Assembly (NCBI RefSeq): GCF_004010195.1
Contig: NC_057722.1
Location: 5,726,571-5,779,487 of the forward strand
DNA length: 52,917 bases
From: Chiloscyllium plagiosum
Lineage: Eukaryota
Reading direction: 5' to 3'
A program made the translations under genes and the position numbers. Of the stretch, positions 50,281 to 52,917 are shown one piece after another (positions within the stretch are counted from its first letter, which is position 1; each line of letters starts with the position of its first letter). The notes under the pieces are model-generated. The model was not told the origin of the DNA. It saw only the letters and a program-made list of their open reading frames with translations, and did not search any database.

Positions 50281-50689
50281 AAAGCCTGGGCTGCACCAAA
50301 AGCCATACAGGAATCAATGAACTCTGAAATTACCTACTTTGGAAATATTGTGAATTCTTACATTCCAGGAACCTCTAATGTAAAAGTGGAGGGATATTGC
50401 TTGGACTGCCGCTTTAAGAGCCTGACCATGTGACATAGTGACGACATTTGCCAATTTGGGCGGGAAACATCTTACTGCAGGCACCTTGCTGAATGCACAG
50501 TGAACGTAATAAATTAAGTTCTGGGAATTTAACACTTCGCTTGAGCTTTTTGGAACATACCACTGACCAAATGAAATGGCTGCTGCTTTATTGTCTGAAT
50601 TTTGAGGTTTGAGGAATAGGATTGTCAATTAGACTTGGTCATGTTCCAAGTAACCCTATAGAGTTAGAGAGCTTTTACTAAATGGTTAA

Positions 50690-51255
50690 AGACCTGTTGG
50701 CCAATTAGGCCTACATCAATCATCTATCTAACCCCATTTCCCAACACTTGGCTTGTAGCCTTATCTGCTTTGGCATTTTAAGTTCTCATCTAAATATTTC
50801 TTAAATGTCTTCAGGGCTCCTGTCTTTACCATCCAAATTTTTCCCTCAAATCCACTCACAACCTCCTGCTTCTTATCTAAAAACTTAGTTTCTTAGTTAT
50901 TGATCCTTTTACTAAGGGGTAAAGTTTCTCCCAATCTATACCCCTCTGAATTTTGTACATCTCAATCAGATCCCACACTCCCCTCAAGCCTTCTCTGCTC
51001 TAAAAAAAACAACTCGAGCCTATCTAACCTCACTTCATGCCTCAATCACTCCTACACCCATCCCTAGTGAATATCCTCTGCATCCTCTCTAATTCAATCA
51101 CATCCTTCCTCTACTGTCGTGATCAGAACTGCTCATAGTACTCCAACTGTAGCTGAACTAAGGCTATATACAGATCCACCATAACCACCTTGTTTTTGTG
51201 TTTAATTCCTTGGCTAATAAAGGCAAGTATTTCATATGCTTTCTAAATCACCCGA
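50690..51255 (-). mobile_element. Old CR1 LINE 3' fragment
   Basis: Reverse similarity to the other CR1 3' ends (CTCAATCAGATC..GAACTGCTCATAGTACTCCA). Confidence 0.65.
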
Positions 51256-52349
51256 GATTTCTCTTTGACCCTCTTTTCCTTGAAAGACAGTCAAAGCCAG
51301 GGCCATTGAATATTTTTCAGGCAGAGATAAATTCTTGTTAAAGAAGGAGGTGAAAGATTATCAGTAGTATGGGGGAAATGTGGATTTGAGGTAACAGATG
51401 AGCTGTGATATTTATAAATGGCAGAGCAGGCTGAATGGTCTACTCCTGCTTCTTGTTGAGAGGTTTGTAACCAAGATTGCAGATCACTCTCCTGATTCAG
51501 CCAATGTGGTTCAACTCTGGCCACTTGCACATTCGCCCTATTTACAGTCACCCACTGCGCTTTACTTGGATGCCTCGGCTCAGGGGTCATTTGCTTTTTG
51601 GTCAAGAAGTTTCAGACGTAAAACCACGTGCATTCGGTGAATCATCCAGCATGTGCTGGGGTGACTGAGGTGTTGGAATGATGAGACATGCAGCCACAGC
51701 CCTGGGATGAAAATGTGAGCCTTTGGTACCCAAGTGACCGCACACCCCTGTCCACTTTATTGAGTGAATGCAGAGCAGCCTGGGCATCACACGGTTCCCG
51801 GCGTGGCTGGCAACGCTTAATGATTACAAAAAAAGAACTGCAGATGCTGGTGGTCAGAAGCAAAAGCAGAACCTGATGGAGCGGGTCTGGCAGCGTCCAT
51901 GGAGAAGAGTAGCAAAGTGACTGGTTTTGGGTCCAGCTACTCTTCTTTGTTTTTTCCAGCCATTTCTGTTTTGTCAACACTTCATGTGCTTTGTTTGACG
52001 GTGGGCAGTTTCTGGGGGACATTTTGCTTGGGGGATGGGGTGTGGGGAGGAGACACTCTCCGGGGGGGGGGGGATGCATAGTCATCCCATGGTGAATCCC
52101 TGGGGCTGGTATCTTCCACAGTGGCCATTTTCACTCGGTGTCCAGGCTCCAGGGAGGGCCTACTCAGCAAAGGCCCCCCTGGGGATAGACAGCTCGCTCT
52201 TTTCAGCATTTTAATCAGAAAAATAAAGACTGCAGAGGCTGGTAATCTCAAATTTCATTTGGAAACAATCTGCAACTGCAGGGAACATCCGGTGTAAACA
52301 AACAGAGTTAGTGCTCGCTCCTCAGGACAGTGTCTCATCTCCAACAACA

Positions 52350-52690
52350 ACAACCGGGCACCGGAAGTGTGCAAAAGACTACAACTCCCAGAGGGCCCTG
52401 CGGGAGGCCAGCCCGCATCCGCCGGTTGCCATGGCAGCCGGGATCCAGGGTCGGCTCCGGGCGCTTCCACCCAATCGCGGCGGGCGGTGTTCGGCGGACG
52501 GGTTCGCCTCCACCAATAGCGATACAGGAGGCAACGAGGCCTGGCCAATCCGCTGTCCAGTTGTTGGGAAGGCCGTCGAGGGGCGGCGGAGCCTCGGGAA
52601 GTGAAGGCGGACAGAGCCCGCGATCTCAACCCCAAAGCAAGATAACCAGCGGCGAGGGTCAGGTTGGTAACTCGCCCCCACCCCACCCCG
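52350..52690. promoter_or_regulatory. CpG-island promoter of a neighbouring gene (probably + strand, continuing beyond the window)
   Basis: ETS CCGGAAGTG at 52361; ZNF143/SBS ACTACAACTCCCAG at 52378; RFX X-box GTTGCCATGGCAGC at 52425-52438; CCAAT at 52471, 52513 and 52545. Confidence 0.8.
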
Positions 52691-52917
52691 GCGGAGGTGC
52701 TCACATCCGCACCGTGAGCTCCGGGGCTGTGTTAATGACAGAGGAGGTGTGACATAGTGAGGCCAGACTCGGGTAGGGGACAGGGGGCTGTAGGTAAGGG
52801 AGGGGGCGAAGCCGGCGGAGGTGCTCACATCCGCACCGTGAGCTCCGGGGCTGTGTTAATGACAGAGGAGGTGTGACATAGTGAGGCCAGACTCGGGTAG
52901 GGGACAGGGGGCTGTAG
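52688..52917. repeat. 124-bp-period tandem repeat, truncated by the window end
   Basis: 52688-52793 is identical to 52812-52917. Confidence 0.95.

Noticed and set aside
52255-52828. Several 97-149-aa ORFs at the right edge
   Set aside because: Expected by chance in a GC-rich promoter; no domain features.

Overview
Repeat-rich vertebrate genomic DNA, almost certainly from an elasmobranch (shark or ray), judged by HE1-type V-SINEs, CR1/HER1 LINEs, SacSINE1/DeuSINE-like SINEs and shark-type Penelope fragments. Two intact spliced genes can be rebuilt by hand, lying head-to-head about 1.3 kb apart. (1) A 6-exon minus-strand TRIM gene (RING, B-box1, B-box2, coiled coil, PRY/SPRY; ~525 aa; TRIM25/finTRIM-like) at 12366-28323. 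(2) A plus-strand BEND5-like BEN-solo gene with 6 coding exons (~430 aa) at 29603-37671. The BEN gene has very short native introns. It lies between CCCAG-ended inverted repeats (28651 and 38153) with ACCAGTA-type subterminal repeats, which suggests cargo of, or domestication from, a non-autonomous CACTA/EnSpm-like DNA transposon (inference). The window also holds many Penelope-derived minimal hammerhead-ribozyme motifs, some as palindromic or ~130-bp inserts with target-site duplications. Other contents: an internally deleted L1 with an intact 5' end that splits the BEN domain, a Rex1/Babar LINE spanning a 500-N gap, a decayed Gypsy element, and a CpG-island promoter at the right edge. Repeat family names and protein homologies come from recall, not database searches, and repeat boundaries are approximate.
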